64,000 bases of DNA, taken from an uncultured Verrucomicrobiae bacterium. GTDB lineage: Bacteria > Verrucomicrobiota > Verrucomicrobiia > Limisphaerales > Palsa-1400. The notes under the pieces were generated by a model, which saw only the letters and a program-made list of their open reading frames with translations, ran no database searches and was not told the DNA's origin. The position numbers and the translations under genes are program-made. The first letter of the stretch is position 1; each line of letters begins with the position of its first letter. This document shows positions 9,582 through 21,942 of this stretch, in pieces. The stretch spans positions 288,001 through 352,000 of the forward strand of contig CAVXRD010000001.1 in assembly GCA_963764165.1 (NCBI GenBank), written 5' to 3'.

Positions 9582-10538
9582 TCAGGCGAGGGAAGGGTCC
9601 GAGAGCGCATGCTTGCTGAGCGGGTAATTTTGATCACGCCACGCGTCAAGACCGCCGAGCAGCGGTCGAACGCGGGCAATTCCATTCCGGCGCAGCAGCA
9701 GCGCCACCTGCGCGGCGGTCGCTTCATTCGGGCACGAGCAGTAGACGACGACTTCGGATTCGGCCGGAATCGCGTAGCGCTTTGCCTTCACTTCGTCCAT
9801 GGAAAGATGAACCGCGCCGGGAATCAGCACGGGGTCGCGGGTCAATTCCGCGCTGGAACGCAGGTCAAGTATAACGATGCTTTGGCCGCCGCTCTGCATG
9901 TTGCGCAGTTCGTCCACCGTGATCCGCGCCATGCGCAATTCATCGAGAAGGCGTTTGCGCTGCCAGAATTTGTAAGCGAGGCAGAGCACGATGATCGCCG
10001 CGATCAGCATCAGCGCCGTCCCCCCGACGCGCGCCACAGCGGCTTCGATCTGCTCGATTTGCGCGCTGAAAAAATAGCCGAGGCTGATAAAGCACGCCCC
10101 GTAGAGAATGGATCCGACACCGTCAACCACTACGAATCGCGTGGCCGAAATATCCGACATGCCCGCCACCGGAGGCGCCATCGTGCTCAAACCGGGAACG
10201 AATTTCGCGACGACGATCCCGCGCCAGCCCCAGCGGGTGAAAGCGTTCTGGGTGCGCCGGACACATGAATCCGGTTCGAGCGAAACCTTGCACAAAAGAT
10301 TCAAGACCTGGGTTCCGCGACGCCGTCCAAGATAAAACCAAATGACATCGGCGATCACCGCCGCGAGGGCTGTCATGGCCACGCCGTTCCAAAAATTGAA
10401 CGAACCGTTGCTGGCCAGCGCGCCGACAGCCAGCATCCACGGCAAGGCGGGAAGCGGAAGCCCGATTTGCTCCACAAAGACAGCGCCAAACAGAACGGGT
10501 GCGCCGTGCTTGATCAAAAATTGACTGGTGTCGGTCAT
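9582..10538 (-). CDS. DedA/VTT membrane protein with C-terminal rhodanese domain
   Basis: EQIGLPLP, AKFVPG, YCSCPNE, LLGGLDAW. Confidence 0.88.
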   Translation of the reverse strand: MTDTSQFLIKHGAPVLFGAVFVEQIGLPLPALPWMLAVGALASNGSFNFWNGVAMTALAAVIADVIWFYLGRRRGTQVLNLLCKVSLEPDSCVRRTQNAFTRWGWRGIVVAKFVPGLSTMAPPVAGMSDISATRFVVVDGVGSILYGACFISLGYFFSAQIEQIEAAVARVGGTALMLIAAIIVLCLAYKFWQRKRLLDELRMARITVDELRNMQSGGQSIVILDLRSSAELTRDPVLIPGAVHLSMDEVKAKRYAIPAESEVVVYCSCPNEATAAQVALLLRRNGIARVRPLLGGLDAWRDQNYPLSKHALSDPSLA

Positions 10539-11153
10539 TCGAGCGCTGTGACAACGATACAGCACTCCCAAACTACGACGAAACAGTGTTTATGCCAGAG
10601 GAAATTGAAGCGCCGGAATCTGAAATTTAAATCTGGAAATCAGGAAATCAGGAAAAAACGAACGCGAAAGACATGCCCTGATTGTCGGTTCATTGTGTTC
10701 ATGGATTTCATATTCTGAATGCGATCTTTCGCAGGCACATTTGCTAACTCGGCGCTACGCAGCGGTTGAGCAACCAACATCAGGGGAAAGATTGGGCCGC
10801 GTTCAGCAAGCACCCCAGCCCGATGGGTGTAAACTAAAAGTTAGATGGATTTTGATATTCAGGACCGATTTCGAGAATCGAGGAGGCTGGTTGAGGACAG
10901 CCATGTCGAAATCAGGAGGGCACGGACGCTTGTGAAAGAAGTGCGCCAGAAGCTCAAAAAATTCCGCCAGCTTTACGTCCAAATCAAAGAAACAAGGCCA
11001 TCCGATAAACGCCGAGCTTGAGGTTAAGCTGGCGAGTCTCAGGCAAATTCGACAGAAGCTGTCGACAGAAGCTTGATTCCTGAGCCCTCGGCGATGCGGT
11101 CGAGGGCGACGCCCATGGTCGGAGGGCTACAGCCTGGCAGCTAACGCCGGGTT

Positions 11154-11714
11154 TCACTGCCTCACTACAAACTCAAGCGGCCCGGGGCAAAATCTTGTCC
11201 CTTGTTGCCCGGCTGCCGTCGAAACTTCAATGGAGGCGGAAACCGAGTATTTGCCGGGAGGCAGCAAGAACAGGCTGGAGAGATCGACATTCCATTTCGC
11301 GGATTCGCCCGGGTTCAATTTGTGAAAAATCCACCCAAACGACCTCATCGGGCGCCACTCACGTTCGCCTTCTGGGGTAGGCTTCGGCATCCCGTGATTG
11401 GAGTCGATGATCTTAATCCGCAGCTCGCGAACGTGGTTAATAGTCCCATAAAATACCGGGGCCTGGCTTTCATTCACCAGGTTCACGGTGAATTCAGCGC
11501 GGGTACCCTCACGAATGCGCACAGACGGAGGCAGAGAAAACTCCACGCTGATTCCATCGCTGCTGGAGACTGTTGTGCCCGAGAAAATTCTTGCAACTCC
11601 ATCGGTCCGAACAGACGCGCAAGATACGGAAAGGAAAATGGCGATCGAAAGAGAAGCCGCCATAAGGAACCCTCGCGTAAACAGCCTGACCGAATCCGCA
11701 TTCGTTGACCGCAT
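11154..11714 (-). CDS. Hypothetical exported protein or lipoprotein
   Basis: Hydrophobic N-terminal stretch ending SVSC; beta-rich Ig-like pattern (LPPGKYSVSA); start uncertain. Confidence 0.55.
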   Translation of the reverse strand: MRSTNADSVRLFTRGFLMAASLSIAIFLSVSCASVRTDGVARIFSGTTVSSSDGISVEFSLPPSVRIREGTRAEFTVNLVNESQAPVFYGTINHVRELRIKIIDSNHGMPKPTPEGEREWRPMRSFGWIFHKLNPGESAKWNVDLSSLFLLPPGKYSVSASIEVSTAAGQQGTRFCPGPLEFVVRQ

Positions 11715-11752
11715 GGGGGGCATCTTTTTTTCAGCCTCTCCAGAGGGAGAAT

Positions 11753-11837
11753 TGGTGCGCTTAGCAGGACTTGAACCTGCACGGGTTACCCCACTACCAC
11801 CTCAAAGTAGCGTGTCTGCCAATTCCACCATAAGCGC
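11753..11837 (-). tRNA. tRNA-Leu (anticodon GAG)
   Basis: GCGCTTA acceptor stem, D-loop TGGCA, anticodon arm CTACT-TTGAGGT-GGTAG, long variable arm, GGTTCAAGTCC T-arm, encoded CCA. Confidence 0.96.
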
Positions 11838-12135
11838 ATCCGTGGCTGCGGCACATCATGCCAAATCGCAGCCATTATGCAAGCGCCTGATTTTCACGGA
11901 GTTTATTTTGATTTGAGTCAACAAACATACCACTGTCAACTGCATGGTTAGAATTTTGCATTTTTTACTGGCGCGGCGGGATTTCGTGGGCTAGGGTTTG
12001 GGCGTTGGTCTGCGGGTTCCCCAGGGGATTATTTATATTCGGGCCTCGAGGGTATTGGGCAGAGCGTGGGTGCAATAAAATTAAACAGCGTCACCTAAAG
12101 TCTGTTGTGACGGTTGTTACGATTCGGGAGTTCAA

Positions 12136-12879
12136 ATGACGCTTGTGCAAAATCTAGACGTTAAGAAGCCTTTTGGCGCGGCGGTGAAAGCGTGGCGAAG
12201 CCGATTGCGGATTTCGCAGGAAGAATTGGCTGGAAGAGCGGGGCTTCACCGCACTTATGTTTGTGATATCGAACGCGGTGCGCGCAATCTTTCCCTCAAA
12301 AGCATCGACCGGCTTGCGCGCGCGCTGGAGATTTCAACCGCCACGCTGTTTTCATTTGACCCGGCCACTGGCCTGCCGGCGGAGCCCGGCTTCGGCAGCG
12401 ATGCGCTGGTGGATATACTTTTTGTCGAGGACGATCCGCACGACGCCGAGATGGCCGTTGAATCCTTGAAGGGAATCTCCAACCGTGTGCAGTGGGTCAA
12501 GGATGGCAAGGCGGCCCTGGATTTCTTATTTTACAAGGGGGAATTCGCAGAACGCATGCCTTCGCAGAGGCCCCAGTTGATCCTGCTGGATTTGGGTTTG
12601 CCAAAAATGAACGGGTTGGAAGTGTTGCGGCAAATCAAGGCGGACGAAGGCACGAGGATGATCCCGGTTGTCGTGTTGACAGGTTCCGGGAGGGATCGCG
12701 ACATTGCGACCAGCAAGCGCCTCGGCGCGGAGGCTTACATTGTCAAGCCATTGGAGATGATCAACTTCGCCCAAGTCATTCATGCTGCGGCTGCAGTGGG
12801 CCTTGGTAAAACCGCTCCCGCCGCTACCGAAGTAAATTTTGGCAGGGCAAGACTCCGCCGAGCCCTGACTGGATCTTGA
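12136..12879 (+). CDS. XRE-family HTH fused to response-regulator receiver; possible frameshift near 12781
   Basis: ISQEELAGRAGLHRTYVCDIERGARN HTH; VEDD, LLDLGLPKMNG receiver; an alternative frame from 12782 gives a more receiver-like ending MLRLQWALVK. Confidence 0.85.
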   Translation: MTLVQNLDVKKPFGAAVKAWRSRLRISQEELAGRAGLHRTYVCDIERGARNLSLKSIDRLARALEISTATLFSFDPATGLPAEPGFGSDALVDILFVEDDPHDAEMAVESLKGISNRVQWVKDGKAALDFLFYKGEFAERMPSQRPQLILLDLGLPKMNGLEVLRQIKADEGTRMIPVVVLTGSGRDRDIATSKRLGAEAYIVKPLEMINFAQVIHAAAAVGLGKTAPAATEVNFGRARLRRALTGS

Positions 12880-12954
12880 AGGATTTCGGGAACGCTAAAT
12901 CTGACAGAACCCAATTAGGGATCGACGGAGTCTCGCCCTGCCGGGACTGGCATC

Positions 12955-15949
12955 TTACAGCCACTTCCTGCGAATCAGCCACATCTTGACGAGCTGGGTT
13001 GCGACCACGTAAGCGACGAGGGTCGCGAAAAGAATGGGCCAGTACAGCCAAGGCAGCGGCTCCAGCGCCAGCATGCCCGCCAGCGGTGAATACGGAAGCC
13101 ATGCGGAAATCGCCATGATGACCACGGTGGTCATCGTCAGCGCGGCGCTGGCGCGAGCTTGGATGAATGGTATCTGGCGGGTGCGAATCACATGGATGAT
13201 CAAGGTCTGCGTCATCAATGATTCCACGAACCAGCCGGTGTGGAACAGCGCGGCCTTGGCGGGAGCCCAGCAGTGGAAAATATAAAGCATCACGAAAAAC
13301 GTGGTGTAATCGAAAATCGAGCTGATGGGACCGATGAACAGAATGAACCGCCGAATTTCCCCCATGTCCCACGGCAGCGGCTTGGAAATCAAATTAGGAT
13401 TGACATTGTCGGTTGGAATGGCGACCTGCGAAAAATCGTAAAGAAGATTATTGGTCAAAATCTGGATCGGCAGCATCGGCTCGTAGGGCAGGAACGCGCT
13501 GGCGCCAGTGAAGCTGAACATGTTTCCAAAGTTGGAACTGGCTCCCATGCGGATGTATTTCAGAGATATTCACAAAAACTTTCCGCCCTTCCAGCACGCC
13601 TTCTTCGAGCACCATCAGATTTTTTTCGAGCAAAATCATGTCCGCCGATTCCTTCGCGATATCAACCGCGTTGTCAACAGAAAGGCCCACGTCCGCCGCG
13701 CGCAGGGCCGGCGCGTCGTTGATGCCGTCGCCCATGAACCCAACCACGTGGCCATTTCGGCGGAGCGCCTCGACGATGCGCTGCTTGTGCGTGGGCGAGA
13801 GGCGCGCGAAGACCTGCGTCGTTTCCACCGCTTTGCCAAGCTGCTCTTCGGTCATGTTTTCGACCGCGCTGCCGAGCAGGACGCCCGTCGTGTCGAGGCC
13901 AACGTCTTTGCAAACTTTGCGTGTCACCAGATCGTTGTCGCCCGTAAGCACTTTGACGGCGACGCCATTTGCTTGCAGTGCCGCGATGGCCTGGCTGGCG
14001 GATTCCTTGGGTGGATCGAGAAAGGCGATGTAGCCCTTGAGTATGAGTTCCGACTCGTCAGCTTTTGAATAGGCGGCGCGCTTGTCCAGCTTGCGCGACG
14101 CCACTGCCAGCACGCGAAATCCGTCCGAGCTGAGATCGTTGTATTCCTGGATGAGGTCGCCGATGAGGATCGGCTCCATCGGCAGGATTTCACCCTCGCT
14201 CTCAAATTGCGTGCAGCGGGCGAAAACGGCTTCTGGAGCGCCCTTGGTCAGGATGACGTATTCCTGCTCAGGCGTCTCGACGATGACCGACATCATCTTG
14301 CGCGAAAAATCGAACGGGATTTCGTCAACTTTTTTATAGTTGTCGATGCAAATTTTTTCCGCCGCCGCCGGATGGCTCAGCACCGCGCGATCCAGGACAT
14401 TTTTCAAACCGGTTTGAAAATGGCTGATGAGATAAGCGTCGAGCAGGACAGCATCGCTGTCGTTTTTGAAGACGTCGCAATGAATTTCGAGGATGACATG
14501 GTCGCGCGTAAGGGTGCCCGTTTTGTCCGTGCAAAGAACATCCATCGCGCCGAAGTTTTGGATGGAATTGAGGCGCTTGACGATGACCTTTTTTTTCGCC
14601 ATGGCCATCGCTCCCTTTGACAAACAGACGGAAACAATCATCGGCAGCATTTCCGGCGTCAGCCCCACCGCCAGCGCAAGCGACAGGAGAAAGGCGTCGT
14701 ACCAATTGTGTTTGGGCGCCTTTTTGATTTCCTGCGGGTAGGCGTCCTGCAACAGCAGGCGGTTCAACCGGTAATCGTGTTTGCTGGGATGCTCAATTCG
14801 CGATTTTGTCTCAGGCGATAGCGCCACGTTTTGGAACCTTTGCGGGTCATAAATCGATGGGCCGGAAATGACGTCATTTAGATTGTCGGCCAGGACGCGG
14901 TTGAATTTGTCCACGCTGTCCGGAGAGCCTTGCACGGCGGGCAGCGACGCCTTCGTATCCGCCGGGAGGTGATCATACAAGAACGCGGAAACCGGATCGG
15001 TTTTGGCGTTAATCTTGTTGGCCAGCGCAGGTGTGGCCGCGATGTCATTATCTCCCAATTGTGAAGGCGCCTTGCTCAGCGCGTTGATGAAGAAAACGGC
15101 TGGCACCATGATCAGCATGAACGTCAGCATCAGATACGTAAAGCGCTTGATGCCCTTGTCAAAACTTGTTTCGACCGCTTCCGCAGTCATGCTGCTGGCG
15201 ATGCTGCCAAGATAGGTTCGCGGCCCAGTCTCGACAACCACGGCCTGGGCAGTGCCGCTCTCCACGCTGGTGCCGAGGAAACAGAGATTTGTGAATTCCA
15301 GCGGCGCGATTCCTTCCCGCGTTTCGCGAGTGTCAAATTTTTCGACTGGCAATGATTCGCCGGTCAGCGTCGCCTGGATGATGAACAAATCCTTGGCCGT
15401 CAGAATGCGCACATCGCCGGGAATCATGTCTCCCGCGGAAAGCTTGACGATGTCACCGGGAACGAGGCATTGAAGCGGCACCTCGCCGGGCTGGCCGCCG
15501 CGCACCACGGTGGCGGTGACCTTGATCATCGCCTTTAATTTCGCGGCGGCGGAATCGGCTTTCGATTCCTGAATGAACCGCAGCGCGACGCCGAGAATCA
15601 CCATCGCCACCATCAGCCACGCGCCGACAAAATCGCTGGTTTCGTGCGCGGTGGAAAAACTGATGACGGCCAGAATGGTCAAGAGAATGACCAGCGGATT
15701 GCGGACGGCGTGCCACAGCCGGGAACCCCAGCTATGCTGCTTCTCGCTCGACACTTCATTGGGTCCAACTTTGGCCAGCCGCGCTTCGGCTTCCTCCTCG
15801 GACAAACCATCGAGGGAAGTCTCAAGCAATTTCAGGCTCTCCGGCCCTTCGGCACGCGCGGCGTCGGCCAGCCGCGAAGGCAGGCGGACGTTGGGCATCT
15901 TTCGTTTTGATGACGGCAGGGGAGCCGCGGGTTTTTCCGAACTTGTCAT
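12955..15949 (-). pseudogene. mgtA: Mg2+-translocating P-type ATPase, split by a 1-nt frameshift at ~13564 (real or assembly error)
   Basis: TGESLP, GLTPEMLP, DKTGT, MGDGIND, then VFVNI//LKYIRMGASSNFGN across the frame change. Confidence 0.88.
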
Positions 15950-16171
15950 GGTTCCATCTTAGTGCGCGGTTCAATCCTTGCCGGGCCGCGCGAACGCCCA
16001 AAGCCTAAAACGGAACCAACAAAGCGCAACCCCTTTTTCCCTCGGAAAAAGATTTTTTACAGAAGCACACCAAGGCAACGAAGGAAGGCCAAGCGGACCG
16101 GACAGAAAATTTGTCCCCCTTCTTTATCTTTGTTTGCTTCTGTTAAGCATATTCCGAATGCCCCGTTGGGA

Positions 16172-17611
16172 TCACGGCGTCACTGTGGCGGGCGGCGTGT
16201 TGGTTGCGTTCCAGCCGCCGCCGAGGGCCTTGTAAAGCTGCACGGTGGCGAGAAGCTGATTCAACGTTGTTTGCGCGAGGGAGTTTTGCGCTGGGAAAAG
16301 CAATTGCTGCTCCTGCAAAAGTTCGTAGTAATTCGCCTGGCCGCCAAGGTAGCGCTGGTTGGCCACTTGAACCGCGTCCTGATACGCCGCCACCGCGCGC
16401 CCCTGCTGCTCTCGTTCCTCGGCCAGATTTTGCCGCGACGAGAGCGCGTCCGAGACTTCCATGAACGCCTGCAGGACACTCGATTGATATTGGAAGCGCG
16501 CTTCGTCCCACGCAGCCTTCGCCTGGCGCAATTGCGCCTTCAGCAAACCGCCCTGGAAAATCGGCCCCGTGGCCGCCCCGGCCAGATACCATGCGGACTC
16601 CGCGCCGCCGCTCAACGCGTTCAGTTCAGGGCTTGCCTCGCCGAACAGCCCTGTCAAAGTGATGCGCGGATAGAAGGCCGCCTTGGCCACGCCAATGCGG
16701 GCGCTGGCCGCATGCATGAGTTGCTCCGCCTGGCGGACGTCAGGACGGCGCAGCAGAAGATCGGAGGGCAGGCCGGGCGGGACATTAGGCAGCGTGGCGG
16801 TTTCCAAACCCTTGGTCTGGCGCACAATTGGCCCGGGATTCATCCCCAATTCGACGCGAATCTGATTCTCCTGGATGGCGATTTGCCGGCGCAATTCCGG
16901 AATCGTCGCCGCAGCCGAGGCAAGCGCAGCCGCGGCGGCGGATGTTTCCAATTTCGACGAAACGCCCCCTTGCAAGCGGTCGTTGAAAATTTTCAAGCTT
17001 TGCGCGAACGAGTTGGTCGTGTCCTCCGCGATAGCCATTTCTTCGTCGAGAGCGAGCAATTGGAAATAGGATTGCGCGACATCGGAGATGAGCGTGATCT
17101 GAACGTTGCGCCGCGCTTCGTCGGTCGCCAGATAATTCGCCTTCGCCGCCTCGCTCAAGCGCCGGACTCTTCCCCAAAAATCAACCTCCCATGAAACACT
17201 GCCAGCGACATCTTGAAAAGTGGCCGGCTTCTGGCCGAGCACGAAAGGCGAGCCGCCGACGGCGTTGCGATCTCCGCCGGCCGTGCCGGTGTAGCCGACT
17301 TGCGGATAGAATGCCGAACGCGCCTGGGTCAGCATCGCCCGCGATTCTTCCACCCGCGCGACAGCGGCATGCAAATCGTAATTGTTAGTCAGAGCGGTGT
17401 TGATGAGCGCCTGCAAATTGGTGTCCCGGAACAATTGCCACCATGGCAAATCGCCCATGGAATTCGTCTCAATCCCCAGGTTGCCGCGGAAACCGGCGGG
17501 AGCGTGGGCGTCCGGCGGCCTGTAGTCGGGGCCGACCGAGCAGCCCGCGATCACCACAGCCAAAATCGCGGCGGACCACTGTTTGAAACTGAACATGCCG
17601 CGAGCGCTCAT
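16172..17611 (-). CDS. RND outer membrane factor lipoprotein (NodT family)
   Basis: Lipobox VIAG-C then [27 protein letters not shown] overlap with upstream permease. Confidence 0.92.
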   Translation of the reverse strand: MSARGMFSFKQWSAAILAVVIAGCSVGPDYRPPDAHAPAGFRGNLGIETNSMGDLPWWQLFRDTNLQALINTALTNNYDLHAAVARVEESRAMLTQARSAFYPQVGYTGTAGGDRNAVGGSPFVLGQKPATFQDVAGSVSWEVDFWGRVRRLSEAAKANYLATDEARRNVQITLISDVAQSYFQLLALDEEMAIAEDTTNSFAQSLKIFNDRLQGGVSSKLETSAAAAALASAAATIPELRRQIAIQENQIRVELGMNPGPIVRQTKGLETATLPNVPPGLPSDLLLRRPDVRQAEQLMHAASARIGVAKAAFYPRITLTGLFGEASPELNALSGGAESAWYLAGAATGPIFQGGLLKAQLRQAKAAWDEARFQYQSSVLQAFMEVSDALSSRQNLAEEREQQGRAVAAYQDAVQVANQRYLGGQANYYELLQEQQLLFPAQNSLAQTTLNQLLATVQLYKALGGGWNATNTPPATVTP

Positions 17612-20600
17612 GCTTTTCCTTCCTGATGCGGCGCGAGCTGCTTTCCCTTCACTCGATGGCTGAATTTTTCCACGATATAAAATGTTACCGGCACAATGAG
17701 CGTGTCCACGCATGTCGCGCCCAGCATGCCGCCAATGACAACCGTGCCGAGCGTCTGGCGCGCATATGCTCCCGAGCCGGAGGCAATCCATAGCGGCACG
17801 CAGCCCATGATAAAAGCAAACGAAGTCATCAAGATTGGCCGCAAACGAATGGCCGCGCCCGTTTGCGCCGCCTCGATGATCGATTTGCCTTTTTCGAATT
17901 CTTCCTTGGCGAAGGCCACGATCAAGATCGCGTTTTTGGCCGCCAAGCCGATGAGCATGATCAAGCCGATCTGCGCGAACACGTTGTTCTGCAGCGAGCG
18001 CACGTTCAACGCCACAAACGCGCCCAAAATCGCCGTCGGCGTTCCCAGCAGCACGCTAAAGGGGAGCGACCAGCTCTCATATTGAGCGGCGAGAATCAGG
18101 AATACGCAAAAGAGCGACACACCGAAAATCACCACTGGTTTGACACCCTTCTTCGCCTGCTGTTCCTGGAAGGAAATGCCGAAATAATCGTAGCCCATGC
18201 CTTTTGGCATGGTCTCTTTGAAGACCTCTTCCAGCGCGGCGGTTGCCTGATCGGCGCTATATCCATCCGCGGCGCCGCCATTGATTTGCGCGCAGGGATA
18301 TTCGTTGTAATGCAGCACAAATTCCGGCCCGGTTCGGCGCTCCGCCGTTGCGAACGCCGTCAAAGGCAAACTTTGGCCCAGCTTATTGCGCACATAAAAG
18401 AGGCCCAGATTGTCCGCGCTGGTGCGGTATTTGTCCTCCGCTTCAATGTAGACCTGCCATTGCCGCCCGAACCGGTTGAAATAATTGACAAAGTTCCCGC
18501 CCATGAACGTCTGCAATGTCGAATAAACATCTGTCAATGACACGCCCTGCTTCAAAACTTTGTCACGGTCGACTTTGACAAAGATTTGCGGGACGTCCGG
18601 CAGGTGGGTCGAGAACAGCCTGGGGCTTAGTTCAGGGCGTTTTCTGGCGGCCGCGAGGAATTTGTTCAAATTCTCGGTAAGATAGGCTGGATCCTGCGAG
18701 CCCGACCGGTCCTCCAGCATCAATTGGAAACCGCCCGCCGTTCCAATGCCCGGGATCGGCGGAGGAGCAAACGAGACCGCGGTCGCCTCCGGCAGCGCGC
18801 CCAAGGCCTTGTTGATTCGCGCGGAAATGGCGCTCATTTTTTCTGAATCCTTGGTTCGCTCGCTCCAAGGCTTGAGCGTCACGAAGAAAAACACGTTGTA
18901 GGTGGCCTGCACCTGGCTGAGCAGGCTGAAACCTTCCACTGTGGTGTAGTGTTCCACACCGGGCACACCGGCCAGAATCTTCTCAATTTTCTTTGCCACC
19001 GCATCGGTTCGCTCCAATGAAGCGGCATTTGGCAACTGAGCCTGGACGAACGCGTAACCCTGATCTTCGTCCGGCACGAACGCCGTCGGCAGCCTCCGGG
19101 CAAATTCCACCGCCGCGAGCGCGACGAGCACCAAGCCAATGATCACGAAGACAGCCTTGCGGATAAACCACAAACTGACGCCAAGATACCCATGCCGCAG
19201 TTTGTCAAAGGTGCGGTTGAACCATCCGTAGAAGTGCCGCATCGGCCCTCCCCCGCCTTCTTTCTTCGGACGCAGAAGCAGCGCCGCCATTGCGGGGCTG
19301 AGCGAGAGCGCGTTGAACGCCGAGAGCATCACTGAAATAGCGATGGTCACGGCGAACTGCATGTAGAGCAATCCAGTGATGCCCGAAATAAAAACCGTCG
19401 GGATAAAGACAGCCGCCAAAATCAGCGCCATCGCCACCACAGGCCCGGAAACTTCGTCCATCGCTTTGAGCGCCGCATCTTTTGGATTAAGCCCTTCCTC
19501 AATATGTCGCTCAGTGGCCTCCACCACGACAATCGCGTCATCGACCACCAGTCCGATGGCCAGCACCAACCCCAGCAGCGACAGGGTGTTAAGCGAAAAA
19601 CCGAAAATGGGGAAAAAGGCAAACGTGCCAATCAGCGACACGGGCACCGCCAGCAACGGAATGAGCGAAGCCCGCCATCCTTGCAGGAAGATAAATACCA
19701 CGATGATCACCAGCACCAGCGCGATGATCAGGGTCCACTTGATTTCGCGCATGCCTTCCGTCACCGCTCGCGTCGTGTCCAACGAAACGATGTAAGACAA
19801 GTCGTCCGGGAAACGCGCCTTTAGTTTCTCCATCAGGTTGCGGACGTTATTGGCGGCATCAATGGCGTTGGATCCTGGCAATTGATAAATGGCCATCACC
19901 GCCGAGGGCTTGCCATCCAATCTGCCCACAATGCTGTAAGTTTGCGCGCCAAGCTCAATCCGCGCGACGTCTCGCAACCGCACCACCGAGCCATCCGTGT
20001 TCTCGCGGACAACAATGTCGCCAAAATCCTTCTCAGTCACCAATCGGCTTTGCGCGGTGATGGTGTAAGTGAATTCCTGGCCCGCCGGCGTGGGAGGGCC
20101 GCCTACCTGCCCGGCCGGATTGACCGTGTTCTGGGCGTTAATGGCCGTGGTTAAATCACTTACTGTCAGGTTCAATTTCGAAAGCTGGTCCGGCTTTACC
20201 CAAAAACGCATCGCATATTGCCCGGCCCCGAAAACGGTTACTTGGGAAATGCCCTTCAGTTGCTGAACCTGATCCACCAGGTTGATGTAGGCATAGTTGG
20301 CCAGCCATGTTGAATCATGCGTCCCTTTCGGCGAAGTCACCGCCACCAGCATCAATGGCGTGGTGGGCGACTTAACCAATGTTATGCCGAATTTAGTTAC
20401 GTCGCTCGGCAATTGCGGGCCGGCCTGGTTTTCGCGGAGTTGCGCCAGCACCATGTCGATGTTGGGATCCGTCTTGACGTCGAAATTCACTCCCATGCGC
20501 ATCACCCCGTTATTGGCGCTGATGGAATACATGTAATTCATGTTGTCTACCCCGGCCATCTGCTCTTCGATGGGTGTGGCGACCGATTGCGCGAGCGTTT

Positions 20601-20763
20601 GCGCGTCGGCGCCGACGTAGGTCGTCTGAATGCGGATTTCAGGCGGGACAATTTGCGGATATTGCGCGACCGGCAGGCTCAGCATGGTCACGAATCCCAC
20701 CACCACCTGCAAAATGGCGATGACCATCGCGACAATCGGACGATTTATGAAAAAGCGATACAT
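17608..20763 (-). CDS. HAE1 RND efflux permease
   Basis: [37 protein letters not shown]. Confidence 0.95.
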   Translation of the reverse strand: MYRFFINRPIVAMVIAILQVVVGFVTMLSLPVAQYPQIVPPEIRIQTTYVGADAQTLAQSVATPIEEQMAGVDNMNYMYSISANNGVMRMGVNFDVKTDPNIDMVLAQLRENQAGPQLPSDVTKFGITLVKSPTTPLMLVAVTSPKGTHDSTWLANYAYINLVDQVQQLKGISQVTVFGAGQYAMRFWVKPDQLSKLNLTVSDLTTAINAQNTVNPAGQVGGPPTPAGQEFTYTITAQSRLVTEKDFGDIVVRENTDGSVVRLRDVARIELGAQTYSIVGRLDGKPSAVMAIYQLPGSNAIDAANNVRNLMEKLKARFPDDLSYIVSLDTTRAVTEGMREIKWTLIIALVLVIIVVFIFLQGWRASLIPLLAVPVSLIGTFAFFPIFGFSLNTLSLLGLVLAIGLVVDDAIVVVEATERHIEEGLNPKDAALKAMDEVSGPVVAMALILAAVFIPTVFISGITGLLYMQFAVTIAISVMLSAFNALSLSPAMAALLLRPKKEGGGGPMRHFYGWFNRTFDKLRHGYLGVSLWFIRKAVFVIIGLVLVALAAVEFARRLPTAFVPDEDQGYAFVQAQLPNAASLERTDAVAKKIEKILAGVPGVEHYTTVEGFSLLSQVQATYNVFFFVTLKPWSERTKDSEKMSAISARINKALGALPEATAVSFAPPPIPGIGTAGGFQLMLEDRSGSQDPAYLTENLNKFLAAARKRPELSPRLFSTHLPDVPQIFVKVDRDKVLKQGVSLTDVYSTLQTFMGGNFVNYFNRFGRQWQVYIEAEDKYRTSADNLGLFYVRNKLGQSLPLTAFATAERRTGPEFVLHYNEYPCAQINGGAADGYSADQATAALEEVFKETMPKGMGYDYFGISFQEQQAKKGVKPVVIFGVSLFCVFLILAAQYESWSLPFSVLLGTPTAILGAFVALNVRSLQNNVFAQIGLIMLIGLAAKNAILIVAFAKEEFEKGKSIIEAAQTGAAIRLRPILMTSFAFIMGCVPLWIASGSGAYARQTLGTVVIGGMLGATCVDTLIVPVTFYIVEKFSHRVKGKQLAPHQEGKA

Positions 20764-20784
20764 AGCTTTGTCGGATGCGCCCGG

Positions 20785-21942
20785 TTAATTCGTCTTGCCT
20801 GCGGGAGTGGCATTGGTCGACGCCACAGCGGGAGGCGGATTCGTATCGACGGTCGCGCCATTGGGGGCCTTTTGCAGCCCTTCAATAATGATTTCATCGC
20901 CGGCCGAAAGCCCGCTCTCGATAAGCCATTGGTTTCCAATCTGATCGCCCACCACAACATTCTTGACATGCACCGTGTTGGTTTCAACCACGGCAACTTG
21001 AAACGTCCCCTGCAATTCATTCACCGCCCGCTGCGGCACGAGCAGCGCGTTGGTGCGAACTTCAGTTTCGGCGCGGATGAGGGCGTATTGCCCGGGGCGA
21101 AGCAAGTTGTCGGGATTCTCGAATTCGGCGGCGACTTGCAGCGTTCCGGTATTCACGTCTACCTGGCGGCTGGTGAATAGCCATTTGCCGCGCTTCGGAT
21201 AAACCGTGCCGTCGGAAAGAATAAGCTCCAGCGGCAGCGTCACTTCCTGGGATTCCGAATGCATGCGCCGAAATTTCAAATAGAGCTGTTCGCTGATATT
21301 GAAATAGGCGCGAATCGGATCAACCGTCGAAACCGTGGTCAAAACTCCGCTGGCCGGCCCCACGAGGTCGCCAATTTGCGCTTGCGCCAAACCCGCAATC
21401 CCATCCACCGGCGACGTGACTTTCGTGAACTCAAGATTGAGTTTCGCGTTCTCGACCGCAGCCTCATCCGCGGCCAGCGCGGAGACCGCGCCAAGATTGG
21501 CCGCCGTCGCATCATCAAGTTCCTGCTGGCTGACGGCATGGGTCTTGGCCAGCGGCGTGAAACGCTTCACGTCCAACTCCGTCTTTCCAAGGTTTGCCTG
21601 GTCCTGTTTCTGTTTGGCGATGGCTTGATCGAGCGCGGCTTTGAAAAGGCGCGGATCAATCTCGAACAGGGTGTCGCCTTTTTTGACTTTGCTGCCCTCC
21701 ACGTAATTCTGCTTCATCAGGTAGCCGGTGACCTGCGCGCGAATCTGCGCGTTGGGATAGCCATCGAGCGAACCGACCCATTGCTGGTGCAAGACCACGT
21801 TTGTCGGGGTGACAGCCACGACTTGCACATGCGGGGGCGGCGGCTTGGGTGGCGCGGGCGGTTTGCACGCCGCCGCCATGAGGCAAATCACCCCCGACGC
21901 AAAAAGAACCTTTGTCATTCTCATCGTAAAATTCTTTTCCAT
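20785..21942 (-). CDS. RND periplasmic adaptor (MFP), likely lipoprotein
   Basis: MAAAC lipobox, IRAQVTGYL, SPVDGIAG, NPDNLLRPG. Confidence 0.92.
   Translation of the reverse strand: MEKNFTMRMTKVLFASGVICLMAAACKPPAPPKPPPPHVQVVAVTPTNVVLHQQWVGSLDGYPNAQIRAQVTGYLMKQNYVEGSKVKKGDTLFEIDPRLFKAALDQAIAKQKQDQANLGKTELDVKRFTPLAKTHAVSQQELDDATAANLGAVSALAADEAAVENAKLNLEFTKVTSPVDGIAGLAQAQIGDLVGPASGVLTTVSTVDPIRAYFNISEQLYLKFRRMHSESQEVTLPLELILSDGTVYPKRGKWLFTSRQVDVNTGTLQVAAEFENPDNLLRPGQYALIRAETEVRTNALLVPQRAVNELQGTFQVAVVETNTVHVKNVVVGDQIGNQWLIESGLSAGDEIIIEGLQKAPNGATVDTNPPPAVASTNATPAGKTN

Noticed and set aside
10560..11752. Integrative island at the tRNA-Leu 3' end
   Set aside because: No integrase and no duplicated tRNA 3' end found by eye
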